Position numbers and translations under genes: made by a program. From NCBI GenBank assembly GCA_043799545.1, contig JAZDNO010000025.1:1-55952 (forward strand): DNA of 55,952 bases, written 5' to 3'. Position 1 is the stretch's first letter. Each line of letters opens with the position of its first letter. The stretch is from Methanobacteriota archaeon (lineage in GTDB: Archaea; Thermoplasmatota; Thermoplasmata; SG8-5; DAIRED01). The notes under the pieces were generated by a model. It did not search any database. It was not told the DNA's origin and saw only the letters and a program-made list of their open reading frames with translations. Of the stretch, positions 1-12,400 are shown one piece after another.

Positions 1-3000
1 TTTGTCCGGCGCCATCAGGTTCGCGTCTATCATCGCGCTCGTCAGGTACGTCTGCCCGCCGTCGTACTGCTCGACGCTCTGGACAGTCGTGCCTGAGACA
101 TCACCCTTGAACATGGCGACCGTGTAGCCCGCATCGTCAGACGGGAAGCCAACGAGGTTCCAGCCAGCCTTCAGGGATATCGCGGTCGAGACGGGCTTGC
201 TGTACCCGGCTCCGCCCACGCATATCTGGCCGTCGCCAACCACCGTGACGTAGAGCCATACGCCCATCTTCGTGTCGACTGCCGTCAGGTCGTTCAAGGC
301 CGAGTTCCAGGTTGTGTAGTACTGCTTCCACGGGTCGGTCAACGAGTTCGGATTGTACCACATCGCGCGGGTCCACTGGACCAAGCCAAGGCCGCCGTTC
401 GCAAGGTCTGTCAAAGCGCCCGGCATGGTTGTCGGTCCGGAGATGTTCACTGATACGAGGTTCCATCCGACGTGGTCTGCGGTTATGTTCTGCCAGACCG
501 TGCTCGTCGGTGAGCTGAGGTATGGCTGGACGTTTGACTGCGTGTCCTTGTAGTCGAAGTGCGCGCTCACGGTGCCAGATGGCGTATATGTGATGGCCAC
601 GTTCAGGTAGTCGACGCTGGACCCGCCCCTGGCACCGCTGTTGTAGACTCCCCAGAGGATTACGCCTCCAGAGATGTAGTCGGCCCAATTGGAGGCGATT
701 GCCCTTGTCATCGTCTGTTCCACGTTGGCGGCGAAGGCTGTCGTTGCTCCTACGGCGTCCCAACTAGACGCGACGGCGTTCCAGGCATACATCGTGCCAG
801 TTCCGGCAACGGTGAACGAACCCTCGAAGGTCAGCGAAATGCCGGATATGACTGCCGGGTTGACCGCAGTCACGAACGAGCACTTCACGAAGGTCTCGTC
901 TCCCACCGGCGGGTTGGCACTCGGGCCCGCCCTGATATCGTTGGATGTCGACGCTGCGGTGTAGTATGCGTCCGTGAACTCTGTGGCACTGTTGGGCGTT
1001 GTCAGCTCAGAGCCTGCGTTGCTGTCGACCACGGTGAACCACACGTCGTGCGGCCCGCCTGCGGCCGTCGTGCCAGCTGTCGTCAGAGATTCGGCGTTCG
1101 GCACTGAGGTCACGTGAACCCATAGTTCGACGATGATCCCCTGGCCGTCTGGTATCGTGCCCGCGAGCGTGTCAGTCCAGGTGAACAGGTGCGGTGCGCT
1201 GGTGAAGTCGAAGACATCCTCCGTGTCGTATATCGTGGTGTCGAGCGTGGTCCCTCCCGAACCCTTGACGATTGCATAGAGCACTCCGTCGCCGAGGTTC
1301 TTCGAAGCCGAACCGTAAACGTTGAAGGTCCATGAACCGCCGATGTTCCTGCCGGTGTAGGTGCTCGTCGTCCTCCAAGTGCCGATTAGCGATTCCCCTG
1401 CAGCCGTTATCGAGGCCGTGGACTTCACGTTGGGCGTCAGCTCCACAGGCATCATGTTGAGATCGTAGCTGCCGGAGACTGTTTCGACCTGCATGAACCA
1501 ACGGTCGTCAATTGTGTTGTCCACGGAGAAGATGTAGTTGGACACGTCCTCTCCCATCAACGGGTAGCTGTCAGTCACCCTCACCCTAACGAGATAGTTG
1601 ACGCCGTCTGCAACGGATGCGGTGTTCCACGTGCAGGCTCCATCGTTGTTGTTGAGCGCGCTCTCGATTACTGTCCATGTCGAGCCGCCGTTGGCGCTGT
1701 ATTCGATTGTGCAGTCAAGCGTGTTGGCCGCATCTGTGTAGTCCGTGGCTGTCCATGTTATCACGTAGTTGCCGCTTATCACGGTCTCTGGCGTGTTGGG
1801 CGCGGTGACGAACACGCTTGGTCCGCCTTCGTTTATCTGGAAGGTGAACTGCTCGTATCCGCCCCAGTTACCCGCGGCGTCGCGAGCGTGGACGAACACT
1901 ATGTGCGAGCCCTGAGCGATGTTGGCCACGTATGTTCCGGTGACGTCCTCCAGCGGCGTGTTGAATCCTGTGTCCGCAGTGAAGTCTACCCCTGCATCGT
2001 TGGCGCCTGTCGCGTCAATGAAGTATTCGGCCTGCGCAATGTTGGAGTTGCCCTTCGAGCGGTCGTCGGCCTGCGCCTTGAAGGTGATTGTGTTGCCCTG
2101 GCCGCCCGGCAAGGGGTCCACCTTGATGCTGCCAGCCACTATGACGGGGCCTGTCTTGTCCCCGGCCACTCCGTTGTTCACAGTAAAGTTCGCATCAGAG
2201 GTGTCGAAGGCCTTCAGTGTGGTTCCCTGCGCCAGGATTTTTACCCTGTAGCTTTCGCCGTTGGGGTACACTGGGATGCCTGCTGCGGTTCTGGCTGTGT
2301 TCCACGGATAGGAGGTCGCCGTTCCGGCGAGGCCGGAGGCTTCAACGACATAGGATTGGCCCCCGTCCTTGCTTATCTGCACCTGCTGGCTGACGGCGTT
2401 GGCCACGGTCCAGGAAATGGTCTGTGTTCCCGCCCAGTTCTGGCCGCCGTTCGGGGTGGTCAAGCTGACATCCGGGTGGTCCTCGCCCATCAGCCACTGG
2501 ATGGTGCTGTCTGCAATCCACGCCCTGTCGACATCCATATCGGTGCCGAAGATGTGCCCGGCTGTTCCGAACGTGCCGTCGTCCTGTATCATGGCGTGTG
2601 CGAAGGCCTCGTATGCGAGCTTGTAGTCTGCGCCGGTGTATGCGATAGAGCCCGTGTTGCCGCCGGCCGCATTGATTGAATACGCCCAGCCAGACGGGTT
2701 TTCGGCTCCGGTTCCGCGCGTTATGTCGTCGGGCCAGAACCTTGCCGTTCCGTAGATGTCCTGCTCGAGGTCCTGGGGCGAACCGGTGAAAGCCGTGCTG
2801 ATGGCGTGGGTTGTCGCGACTATGTGGAATCCGCCTGTGGCCAGCTCGTTGCCAGTTGTGCCGGTGTTGTCCGCGGAGTCCCCGTTAAACGTCGCGTGCA
2901 TGTAGGTCTGGAACCAGGTTGGATCCGGCGGGCTTCCCGCATAATTGTACATATCCCAGCCGATGTCCTGTCCTGTAGCGTAGAACTTCTGAACCCCCGC

Positions 3001-6000
3001 CTGGTTTAGCCAGGATTGGATTAATGCCCTCTCGGTCAGGCCGAACTGCGGGTAGCCCTCTCCGACATCCCAGTAGACGACCTTTGCCGAGTTCATGGCG
3101 CCCAGCGTCGGCAAACCATACTTTATGGTTTCCCAGACCGTGAAGCTCCATCCGTAGTACCCGAGCGAGAGCCTCCAGTCGTCGACCTGCTGGTCGCTCG
3201 AGGCTATGTCGCTGTGCTCCTGGATGATGAGAACGTCCGGGTTGTCGATGGTCGTGAACATGTAGTGGTCCCCTCCGTTCGTGTCCCGGGTGGTGACTCC
3301 GCCGATGGAAACCGACTGCACGTCGAAGTAATAGTTCGTGAACCCGGTGAGGCCCGTTATCGGGACCTCATGGGTCAGGACCATGTCTGCATCGAGCGCC
3401 GAGGTGGAACCGAGAGCGCCCGTGAGACCGTAGAATACTTGGCTCGTCGCCGGGACATCCGTGTCCCACTGGACGATTCCAGCGGTGTTGGATATGTCCG
3501 TGACGCGGACGTTGGTTATCTTCGGGCTGCTCATCAGCGTGGTGACGTTTGCGTATGAGTTGTGCGCCGGGCTCGCATCCGCGTACCTGACGCTTATCGT
3601 CCCATCGTCCTCGATGCTGATTGCTCCGTTGCCGCTGACTGGCGTCAGCGCGTTGACGGCCATCGTGGTCGTCCACCTGCCGGTCGCCGCAAGGGCGAGC
3701 GCCTTGGTTTCGATGTCGCCCGTGCTGCTCGTGAGTGTCACGCTCGCGCTAGCGGCGTTCGTGTCCTGGACCTCGATGGTCATTGTGTCGCCAGGTTTGT
3801 AAACCATCTTGTCGGTCTTGACCCAGCCGTAGCCATCGTCGAAGTTGGCCGCGATGACGAGTGCGAACGGCTGCGGACCCTTTGGAACCGATTGCGCGTA
3901 GACACGGATTGTGTATACACCGGCTGTTGGCGCGGTTATAAGGGCGCACTCCACCGGGTTCAGGTGGTCGTATCCCGCTGGGTTCGTTGGGTCGGATTCC
4001 CTGCTGGTCGCTCCGTAGTTGTTGCCGTAGTATATTGAACCTGTCGGACCGACAACAGTAAGGTCAAGGTCGTTCACCAGGTGGCCGGACGTTGCTGTGG
4101 TGCCCGGGAAGTCGGTGTAGACCATGGTGATTTCCAATGGCGTTCCGGCTGCAACACTGACCTTGTATTCCCTCTCCTGGCCCTTGATGAGGCCGGCCTT
4201 GTTGTCGTCGGACCACACCTCGCGCGCGTCGCCGCTGAAGTAGAGCGTGTCGCTCGTGTCAACCATCCCCCAGCCCTGGTCCATGTTGGGATAGGCCATC
4301 GAGTGGCCGTTCAGGCTGTACGGATGCACGTTCGTATACGTTCCGGTCGTGGCGTCCTTCGCACCGTTTATGAGCGTCGCTTTGATGATGGCGTTGCTCG
4401 GCACGAAGCCGTTCCCGGCAACCTTTGTCCCTGTGATTGCCCACCCCTCTCTGTAGTACTGGGATATGAGCGCGCTGTCGCCCAGCGTGGCGGGCGAGGA
4501 CATGCTCGTTCCCTGCATGAGTTGGTAAGTTGTGTCAGCTACGCCATCCCTTGTGCTGTCGGCCAGCGCAGAATTCATCCCGCTCCAATCGGTGAGGCCG
4601 TCGCCTGTCGCGCTGATGTCGGGCTTCAGCCTGCCGTCGTTTGTCGCCCCGTAGCTGCTGAACACTGATGTCTGCTGCCAGTTGGCTCCCGCCCTGTGGG
4701 ATCCCACTGAGACGACGTTCTTGCCGGTTGCTGGCGGAGTCGTGGTGGTGTTGTATGCCGGACCTCCGAATAGCAGTGCCTCCCTGTCGTTACCATTGGA
4801 GAAGAATATCTGGAATTCCTTGTTCGTCCACATGTACCAGTCCGAGTTCAAGGAGTCCTCGGAGTATGTGCCTTCCGAGAAGGTTCTGGAATCGTCGTTC
4901 GTGTCGCCGTCGCTGTCGTACGTGCACGATACTCCCCAGCTGTTGCTGGCGAGGGATGCCCCGTCGCCCTTCTGGAGGGCGTACATGGTCTTGAGGTCCT
5001 GGGGGATTCCTCCCAGCGTCCTGTCGTTGGTGGTGCTTCCGTCGTCGGACATGCCGATGTCGCAGAACGAGACCTTCGCCTCGTAGGCCATGCCGTACCT
5101 GTCAGCTGCGACGCTCCCGACGTACGCACCGTTGCCGACCGCTATGCCCGTCACGTGCGAGCCGTGTCCCGAGCCAATGGAGGGGTTGCCTCCGATATAA
5201 TCGACCTTGTTGTCCCCGAGCTGGTGGTACCCCAATACCTTCCTGTGGGTCGGAGACGAACCGGTCCAGTCGGACGGCGTGTAGCCGGTCTGCCTGAAGT
5301 GGTCGTGGTCCGTGTTGAGGCCCGTGTCGGCCACTGCGACGACAACCCCTTCGCCGTGAAGGCCCGCGGTCCAGACCGGCGTGCTTCCGGAGACCTTGGT
5401 CTGCTCGGTCCATGCCGTGTCCGCGAGCATGACTTCGCTCGGGAAGTACGGCAGGACATATTGCACGTTGTTGACGTATGCGAGCGCCCGGATGCCGTCA
5501 TGCGACACCTCGGCGCGCACGCTGTTGCTGGACTCCGAGACTCCGAGAACCTTGCCGCCCGCCTTCTGTATCATGGCGGCCACGTTGTGCGGGTTCTCTC
5601 CGTCCTGGAGCATTATTGTAACCTGGACGTTGTCGCTGCCGAGTGCGAGCGACTTCGCCTGCTGGTAGAGGTTCTCCCAGTTGATGAAGTTGAGCGCGTC
5701 CCCACATATCATGCCGGACTTCAGCTCGGCTCCGTTGAGCAGGCTGCCCTGGATCTTGAACGCGGGCTGGTAGATTCCGACGTACTGCACGCTCGGCATG
5801 GCCTCGACGACCGCCTTTGTGTCGGCGCTCATCTTGACCATGTAGGCGTTTACCGGGACATATGCCCCGACCTTTCCACCGGCTGCCTTTATCTGGGCGA
5901 CCCACATCTCGTCAACCACGTCGTTGAACTGGACGAGGTAGTATCCCTTGACGCGCTGGTCGTAGGAGGCGATTTTCATCGTCTCCGGAACGCCTGTCAA

Positions 6001-6207
6001 ACCCATCCTCGAGTCGAACGCATTCTGCCCGAGCATTATCATCCGGTTGCCCTTGTAATAGGTGTTGGACGGCGCCCTGAGGGGCTCCGAGTTCGTTTCG
6101 GTCCGGGTTCCCCATGCGACGAATGCTCCCGCTGAAAGGACCATCGCCACAACAAGCGCTATTACAAGCCCCTGGCTCACAATCTTTTTCCTGTTTTCTT
6201 TGCCCAA
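1..6207 (-). CDS. Large secreted S8 (subtilisin, KP-43-like) serine peptidase with C-terminal Ig/FN3-like domains; 3' end lies beyond the window
   Basis: Not in the ORF track because there is no stop inside the window. The frame with codons ending at positions divisible by 3 was open wherever I translated it (1-60, ~3000, much of 1500-6207). TTG start at 6207 after GGAGG; signal peptide (LVIALVVAMVLSAGAFVAW). Motifs: VAVADTGL (Asp 5326-5328), GHGSHVTG (His 5164-5166), FSNGN (oxyanion), QGTSMSSP (Ser 4504-4506), NDLDL..GN...NPVE C-domain, WNLVGFP near the left edge. Confidence 0.9.
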   Translation of the reverse strand, partial: MGKENRKKIVSQGLVIALVVAMVLSAGAFVAWGTRTETNSEPLRAPSNTYYKGNRMIMLGQNAFDSRMGLTGVPETMKIASYDQRVKGYYLVQFNDVVDEMWVAQIKAAGGKVGAYVPVNAYMVKMSADTKAVVEAMPSVQYVGIYQPAFKIQGSLLNGAELKSGMICGDALNFINWENLYQQAKSLALGSDNVQVTIMLQDGENPHNVAAMIQKAGGKVLGVSESSNSVRAEVSHDGIRALAYVNNVQYVLPYFPSEVMLADTAWTEQTKVSGSTPVWTAGLHGEGVVVAVADTGLNTDHDHFRQTGYTPSDWTGSSPTHRKVLGYHQLGDNKVDYIGGNPSIGSGHGSHVTGIAVGNGAYVGSVAADRYGMAYEAKVSFCDIGMSDDGSTTNDRTLGGIPQDLKTMYALQKGDGASLASNSWGVSCTYDSDGDTNDDSRTFSEGTYSEDSLNSDWYMWTNKEFQIFFSNGNDREALLFGGPAYNTTTTPPATGKNVVSVGSHRAGANWQQTSVFSSYGATNDGRLKPDISATGDGLTDWSGMNSALADSTRDGVADTTYQLMQGTSMSSPATLGDSALISQYYREGWAITGTKVAGNGFVPSNAIIKATLINGAKDATTGTYTNVHPYSLNGHSMAYPNMDQGWGMVDTSDTLYFSGDAREVWSDDNKAGLIKGQEREYKVSVAAGTPLEITMVYTDFPGTTATSGHLVNDLDLTVVGPTGSIYYGNNYGATSRESDPTNPAGYDHLNPVECALITAPTAGVYTIRVYAQSVPKGPQPFALVIAANFDDGYGWVKTDKMVYKPGDTMTIEVQDTNAASASVTLTSSTGDIETKALALAATGRWTTTMAVNALTPVSGNGAISIEDDGTISVRYADASPAHNSYANVTTLMSSPKITNVRVTDISNTAGIVQWDTDVPATSQVFYGLTGALGSTSALDADMVLTHEVPITGLTGFTNYYFDVQSVSIGGVTTRDTNGGDHYMFTTIDNPDVLIIQEHSDIASSDQQVDDWRLSLGYYGWSFTVWETIKYGLPTLGAMNSAKVVYWDVGEGYPQFGLTERALIQSWLNQAGVQKFYATGQDIGWDMYNYAGSPPDPTWFQTYMHATFNGDSADNTGTTGNELATGGFHIVATTHAISTAFTGSPQDLEQDIYGTARFWPDDITRGTGAENPSGWAYSINAAGGNTGSIAYTGADYKLAYEAFAHAMIQDDGTFGTAGHIFGTDMDVDRAWIADSTIQWLMGEDHPDVSLTTPNGGQNWAGTQTISWTVANAVSQQVQISKDGGQSYVVEASGLAGTATSYPWNTARTAAGIPVYPNGESYRVKILAQGTTLKAFDTSDANFTVNNGVAGDKTGPVIVAGSIKVDPLPGGQGNTITFKAQADDRSKGNSNIAQAEYFIDATGANDAGVDFTADTGFNTPLEDVTGTYVANIAQGSHIVFVHARDAAGNWGGYEQFTFQINEGGPSVFVTAPNTPETVISGNYVITWTATDYTDAANTLDCTIEYSANGGSTWTVIESALNNNDGACTWNTASVADGVNYLVRVRVTDSYPLMGEDVSNYIFSVDNTIDDRWFMQVETVSGSYDLNMMPVELTPNVKSTASITAAGESLIGTWRTTSTYTGRNIGGSWTFNVYGSASKNLGDGVLYAIVKGSGGTTLDTTIYDTEDVFDFTSAPHLFTWTDTLAGTIPDGQGIIVELWVHVTSVPNAESLTTAGTTAAGGPHDVWFTVVDSNAGSELTTPNSATEFTDAYYTAASTSNDIRAGPSANPPVGDETFVKCSFVTAVNPAVISGISLTFEGSFTVAGTGTMYAWNAVASSWDAVGATTAFAANVEQTMTRAIASNWADYISGGVILWGVYNSGARGGSSVDYLNVAITYTPSGTVSAHFDYKDTQSNVQPYLSSPTSTVWQNITADHVGWNLVSVNISGPTTMPGALTDLANGGLGLVQWTRAMWYNPNSLTDPWKQYYTTWNSALNDLTAVDTKMGVWLYVTVVGDGQICVGGAGYSKPVSTAISLKAGWNLVGFPSDDAGYTVAMFKGDVSGTTVQSVEQYDGGQTYLTSAMIDANLMAPDK

Positions 6208-6478
6208 AGAATTTGCCTCCCATTCTATTGTAAAGCGTTTTAGCATGGGACACGAGGTCCCATACAATGCTATTCACTTATAAAGTCGCTCTTATTTATA
6301 TTTATCGGAGTAATTTACAACGCATCGGTCATTTTTCGATTTATATATCTCCAGGATTTCGCTTTGCGAATTGAGCGACGGGTCAAATTGATGGATAAAT
6401 TATCATAAGTGTTATATATGGTGTTTCGCCTTGCCCATAGTGCATGCCGCAGAAGGCGTGAATATTGGAGGCTTTGAA
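6208..6478. promoter_or_regulatory. Divergent promoter region between the two S8-family genes
   Basis: AT-rich with TATA-like boxes (ttataaag ~6279, tatttatattta ~6295, ttatatat ~6412) and the perfect palindrome TGGGAC-N5-GTCCCA at 6246-6262. Confidence 0.6.
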
Positions 6479-9400
6479 ATGGCCAGATTGTCCGTTGGGA
6501 TTATGAGCGCATGGATGGCTTTGCTCGTGGTGTTGTCGGGGATATCCGGAATAGCCACGACTTGGGGGGGCGGAGATGGCGCATTCGGTCCGCACGTCGA
6601 CACCGAGTGGCAGACCGGTCATTCTTCCATAGACGACGCTCTGGGCGAGCCAACTGGCGCGGCGGGGGAAACGTTCCAGAAAATGACGCGCGTGGTCGTT
6701 GTCACCACCGATGTTGGGGAACTCACCAGCTTCCTATCGAAATATAAATACGAAGGCTTGATTGGCTCGAAGACAAGCTCGAGGAAGGGCGTCGCCTTCC
6801 CGATACTCACTCTGCCGAAGGAGATTATCTCCGACCTTGAAAGCAAGCCTTATATACTCGGCGTCTACCCGTATTCCGAGGGCACCGAAACCGGCATCAA
6901 GTCAGCCGAGCGAGCGGACGCGGCGGGGGAGCCGACAGACGATTCGCTTAGCGCCGGCCAGATGGACGAAATCATGAGGTTCCTGGGCGCGCCTTATTAC
7001 CAGGGAGCGGAAGACGCGTGGGCACTGGGATATTCCGGAGACGGAGTCAACGTTGCAGTCGTGACTGGCGGGGTCGATTTCGGGCACGAGGACCTGATGG
7101 GCAGGTACGCAACCTCCGGCAGCGGCGATTACGCGGGCTGGCCGATAGCCTTCGACGGCTCGTCGCTCAGCGCATACATCGCAGACGGGCCGCAATCCGG
7201 AACGGAAACGCCCAACGGCGACAGCTGGTACGTCAACACAAGCTCCACGGACATGAGGATACTCCATACGGTCATCGTCGACGGCACGAACGATTTCTGG
7301 GTTGAGATGAACACGCACAAGACTGCGAACCAGACATACGACCTGAACGAGACGACCGAGGTCAGGGGGAGGGACCCCACGAACGATGTGAGCCCGAGTG
7401 AGTTCGACCTTGGCAGCTCTTATGTGGCCCAGGACGCGAACAAGTGGTTCCTCGGTTTCGATGTAACCAAGTCGTCCGAATTGGCACCTCGCGTGAAAAA
7501 CGTCCGTTACGGAATCTACATTGACACGGATGGCGGAGCCTCAACGTCGGGGGCGACGATCGACCCCATGGGTAACAAGGTGGAGACAAACAGCACGAAC
7601 AGGCCAGAGTACGCAATCTACATGACTCACTACGGCGAATACTGGGGGGTCAAGGGGACCATAGTCAGATGGGTGAAGGGCGCGGGCGGCGACTGGGGCA
7701 CGTACCAGACGAACGTGGACTGGGGCGTCGACGGGAACACTGGCAAGTGGAACAGAAACAACACGTTCAGGATAGACAGCACCGGAGTCACCATCGACTA
7801 CTGGGAGGTTCAGAGCGACCTCCAGGTGTGGAGCAAGAACGACACTGTCTTGAAGTCGTCGGTCAGGGTGTTCGGGTGGAACGGGACGGCGTGGAACTAC
7901 ACGTCGCTGCTGACTGACACAGTCAACAAGACCGGTTTCAAGGGTGAGTTCACCATGAAAAGCGGTTTCGTAGAGATGTCCATACCGAGGGCCTCGCTAC
8001 GGAACGCGAACACCTTGTCGATGGCCGTAATGTCTTTCGGGCTGAACGTATCCAGGCCGCAGGATTCGATACCCAAGGAATTTCCCAAAGTCTTCAACGC
8101 CACGCCGGACTGGGGCAAGGCCATCGTCACCCTTACGAACTACACGGTCGTGGGCGTCCCGCATTCCTACGTTACCGCGGGCATTCCCTCTGCCGGGGGC
8201 AAGATGCGCATAGGACTGCACCCCGACCAGAATCTCATAACATATCATTATGGAAGACCTGTCGCAGTGCTCCTGACGGACAGCCTAGTTGCGAACGTCT
8301 ACGATTCGGTTTACGTCGATTTGGACAACGATAAGAACTTCTCTGACGAGCGCCCGATGCAGAGGTACGGGGCGTACAACGCCGCCCTCATGATAGGTCC
8401 GCAGTGGGGCACGGTGCGCTACTCCAACAACACTTTACTGCACAACAACACCTGGTATGATATTAAAAACGTCGTGACCGAAGTGCTCTGGTCGAACGAG
8501 ACGCTTAAGCAGAGCGCGGTCGGCGGCGAAACGGTATTCTACGTTGGCAACGAGTCCGCGAACGCAGCGACCCTCGTCGTCAACAGGCCCGCGAGCCACG
8601 CCGTCAAATTTGACAACTCTTCAGTTTACACATGTGACGGAACGGAGACCGCACCATTCGACTTCCCGCTGGGAAACAGCGATATAGTCGAAGTCGGCAA
8701 CATCTCGATGGAGATACCGTCCACCGAACCGAACGCTGGCTGGTACAATCTGAACTACTCGCATTTCAGCATAAACAACGCCACGGGCGTGGCGACGTTC
8801 AAGGGGCACCCGAGTCTTGTAAACGACTGGAACAACCAGTCGTCTGGCCCGGTATACACGCACAACATACCGATAAACGGAACGGATACGGTGAATTTCT
8901 ACCTTCCATACTCGCCCGTCGTTTCCTGGTTGTTGCTGGAGGACGGGTCATCGACCCTCGCATGCTACGAGGAGACGGTGTTGGGAGGGTGGTTCCCCTT
9001 GGATTACAGCAACGGGGACTTCACGATAGACAACGCGACTGGCCTGGTATCGATATCCCCCTTCGACGATGGCGAACCCGGGGAGCTCGTACCCGCTGGA
9101 ATGGTGGTTTACATGAATTTCAGCTATTCTGTCGATCCGGTTTCGGGGACAGAGTTCTCTGCTGACTACAGGTATACGCAGCCAGTCAACCCCGCGTACA
9201 CATTCGACCCCATCACGCGCAAGCTGGAGCTCGCCGAAGGGCTTGTGGCGGGGGACACGTTGTCAGTCATGTATTCTTACAACGTGGTGAACCCGGCTGC
9301 TGCGTCGGACCGGTACGGTTTAATCTACTACAACGGACAAAACAGGACGGTGGAGCTCAGAGAATGGGCTGCGAGCAAGGACATCGACGCCGATGGCGGC

Positions 9401-12400
9401 AAAGGGGACGGCAAGGCCTTCCCGGACCTGTCTGGGGGCATGGCATACTTCATATCGAGGGCGTCGGAGGTGTCCAATGAGGCGCTGACGTTGCTTGAGA
9501 ACGGCACATATGCGATTCTTGGCCATACGAACATTGTAAACAACTCATGGACAGTTCGTGTCAACAGCTCGGTCTACGGCCTCGACAAGGTCAAGGTAAA
9601 CACCGAAACTGGCCGTATGGACTTCTCCCCGGCGCTCTGGCCGACGTCGACAGTCTTCGTGGATTACGATTACGACGGCCTGGCGATACCATATTCCCAG
9701 GCGTATTGCGAAAGGAACGGTGGAATAGACAACGTCATCCCAGCAAACGGCGACATGGTCGCCCTCACCGGGAGCTTCGACCTTGATTATTCCCAGGGCA
9801 CAGAGATTGCGACGGCCATAGTCGGTGGCGGCGTCAGCGTCGACGGCAACGGGGAGAGCCTTTTGAAGGGCATGGCCCCGAATGCACGGCTCATAAGCAT
9901 CAGGGCGGATCCGTTTTCCGCCTGGTATTTCGCGGTCGAGGGTTACGACGGGAACGTCACCACCATCAACGATCAGGCGCAGATCGTAGCGATAACGTCG
10001 GTGTACGGACTCAACGGCGACGGATTCGATATATACTCCCGGGCTGTGGACTACATCAGCACAGTCTACGCCGCAGGGCGCACTGTCTTCCTTGCGGGGA
10101 CGGGCGACGCCGGCCATGGGTACGGCACGATAAACTCGCCAGCATCCTCACCAGGGGTCATCTCCGTCGGGCAGGGAACGAACTTCGCGTACAGGAACTA
10201 CAAGCCCAAGGCGCCCGACTCGTTGGCGCGCGCCTACGCGGACGGCGGCCCGAACGCGAGGCAAGGCAACGTCCTGCCCAGCTCCGGCCGCGGGCCGAGC
10301 ATGCTCGGATACCCGGAACCGGATGTGATATCAACAGGAGCGTTCCTATTTGTCGGAACGCCCTTGAACGGAGACCAGGATGCCACGTCGCCGATGGACC
10401 TCCAGTGGGAGGGTGGCCAGTGGGCGTGGGACCTCGTGAGCGGTTCTTGGCTGGCCGGATCGACGGCCGTCGGCGCGACTGCGCTGGTCATGCAGGCTTA
10501 CAAGGAGGCTCACGGCACGTTCCCGACCATCTCGATGGTCCGCAGGATACTCGCTTCGTCTGCGGACAACCTCAACTACGACCCGCTGTCTCAGGGCGCG
10601 GGGATGGTCAACGCGCTGCGCGGGGTGAAGATGGCATCGGACAAAGACGGAATACTCATGGATACTACTTTCTGGACGCCCGGCGAATACCGCGGCACGA
10701 CATACGACGCTTTCGTGCACCTCATGAAACCAGGGCAGAACGCCACCAAGAATGTCAACCTGACGAACGTGAACCCAACACTGGCCTCGAACGTTAAAGT
10801 CTACGATGCGGTTTTCATGAAGTTCGACTCTTTGGACTTCGACATCAACATCACGAAGAACTACGACGACGACCGAGTGCCCGGATTGATCAACATCGAA
10901 CCGCTCGTCCCGAGAGGGACCGAGCTGCTGAGGGCCTCCGTGTTTTCCCACGCTTCCGCCTCGGGGATGAAGAGCTACATGGCCGAGTTCTTCGACTGGA
11001 CCGACACCAACGACAACGGCAAAATGGATTTCACAGGCGAGCAGAACAGGGTGACTTACAGCATCGGCACCAACGCGATGGAGATAAGGCTCCGCGACCC
11101 GCTGGGCGCCTACCATGACGGAATCGGCCTTCAGATAAAGGATTTCGGCGGGGACGGCACGGTCCTGAACGATTGGCATGTGCAACTGGCATTCTACACC
11201 CAGGTCGACTGGAGCTGGCTCAGCCTGCAGAGCACGCCATCATCCATCGATGCGGGCAAGTACGATATCTACGGCATGACTCTTGCGGTTCCGGCAGGAA
11301 CCCCGATGGGCTCGTACGAAGGCGCGGTGTACACGATCGAGCAGATGCCCACGGAAAACGATATCGCGGTCGGCGTGGGCACATACGTCAAAAGCGACAG
11401 TTTCTGGGATGTAAGCGAGGGCATACCGAACCCGGACGAACGCTACGGTACCTGGTTCACGCCCAGGTATGCGCGCGTCGACAACCTTACGGTGCGCGGG
11501 GGCGAAGTTTCGATAGTCGAGGGAAGCACAACGGTGTACTGGAACGGTTCCGCTCTCAACGAGGGAACGGACTATTCGATTGCCCCTGGTGGCGAGATTA
11601 TGTTCTTCTACGACATCCCGCTTGGAGCCCAGCCATTCTTCAATATCAGCTACCTGGTCCTGGAAATCGATCCGGCCACGGGCAATACGATTGAAAACCC
11701 CGCAACGTCCGCGAAATTGAACATGGGAAACCTGAAAAAGGGCAACTACACGGTCTACAAGAACGGGGCGGAATTCCAGGAGAACAATCCAGTCAGCGAG
11801 GTCGTGATGACCTCACTCGGAGGGGAGACCAAGGTCAACCTGGACTATGGAGGTGTGACCAGGCAGTCGGCGACCGTTTTCCTGAACGGAACTGCGATGC
11901 CGCAGGAAGGTGGGAGCGTTGTGGACGAGGCGGTAGTATCGCCTGCCTTAGGCGGGGAAACGTACGCGAACCTCTCCAGGGGCGCGCTCGTGCCGGGGTC
12001 GGCCACGATAGTCAAGAACGGCGACGTGCTGCCGCAGACCGATGAAATATCGATGTACGACAAGGAGCAGGTTGTTGGATTGAAGGCGACGGTGACCACG
12101 GTGACGGACGAGGCGCTGGCGCTGGGAGCGCCCAACATGGCCAAGAGCATATGGTACGAAAGCGGTTCATGGTATGGGCTGCTAAATATCAACTCATACT
12201 ATGCAGATAATTACAAGATTATCTCATACAACATGTACGCCAACGGAGTGTCTCTCACGGACGGAGTCAACGTCACGATGAACATCGCGAACGGGACGGG
12301 CGTGACGATTTACGGCCTGTTCAGGTTGAACCCCGTCGGCCTCGATCCGTTCAACGACACGTTCAAGGTAACATACAAATACTACGACATGACGCTGAAG

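Noticed and set aside
137-6283. Dozens of track ORFs (e.g. 1888..2679+, 5155..6135+, 5912..6277-)
   Set aside because: They are antisense or off-frame shadows of the long minus-strand S8 gene; R/G/A-rich low-information translations typical of GC-rich DNA.
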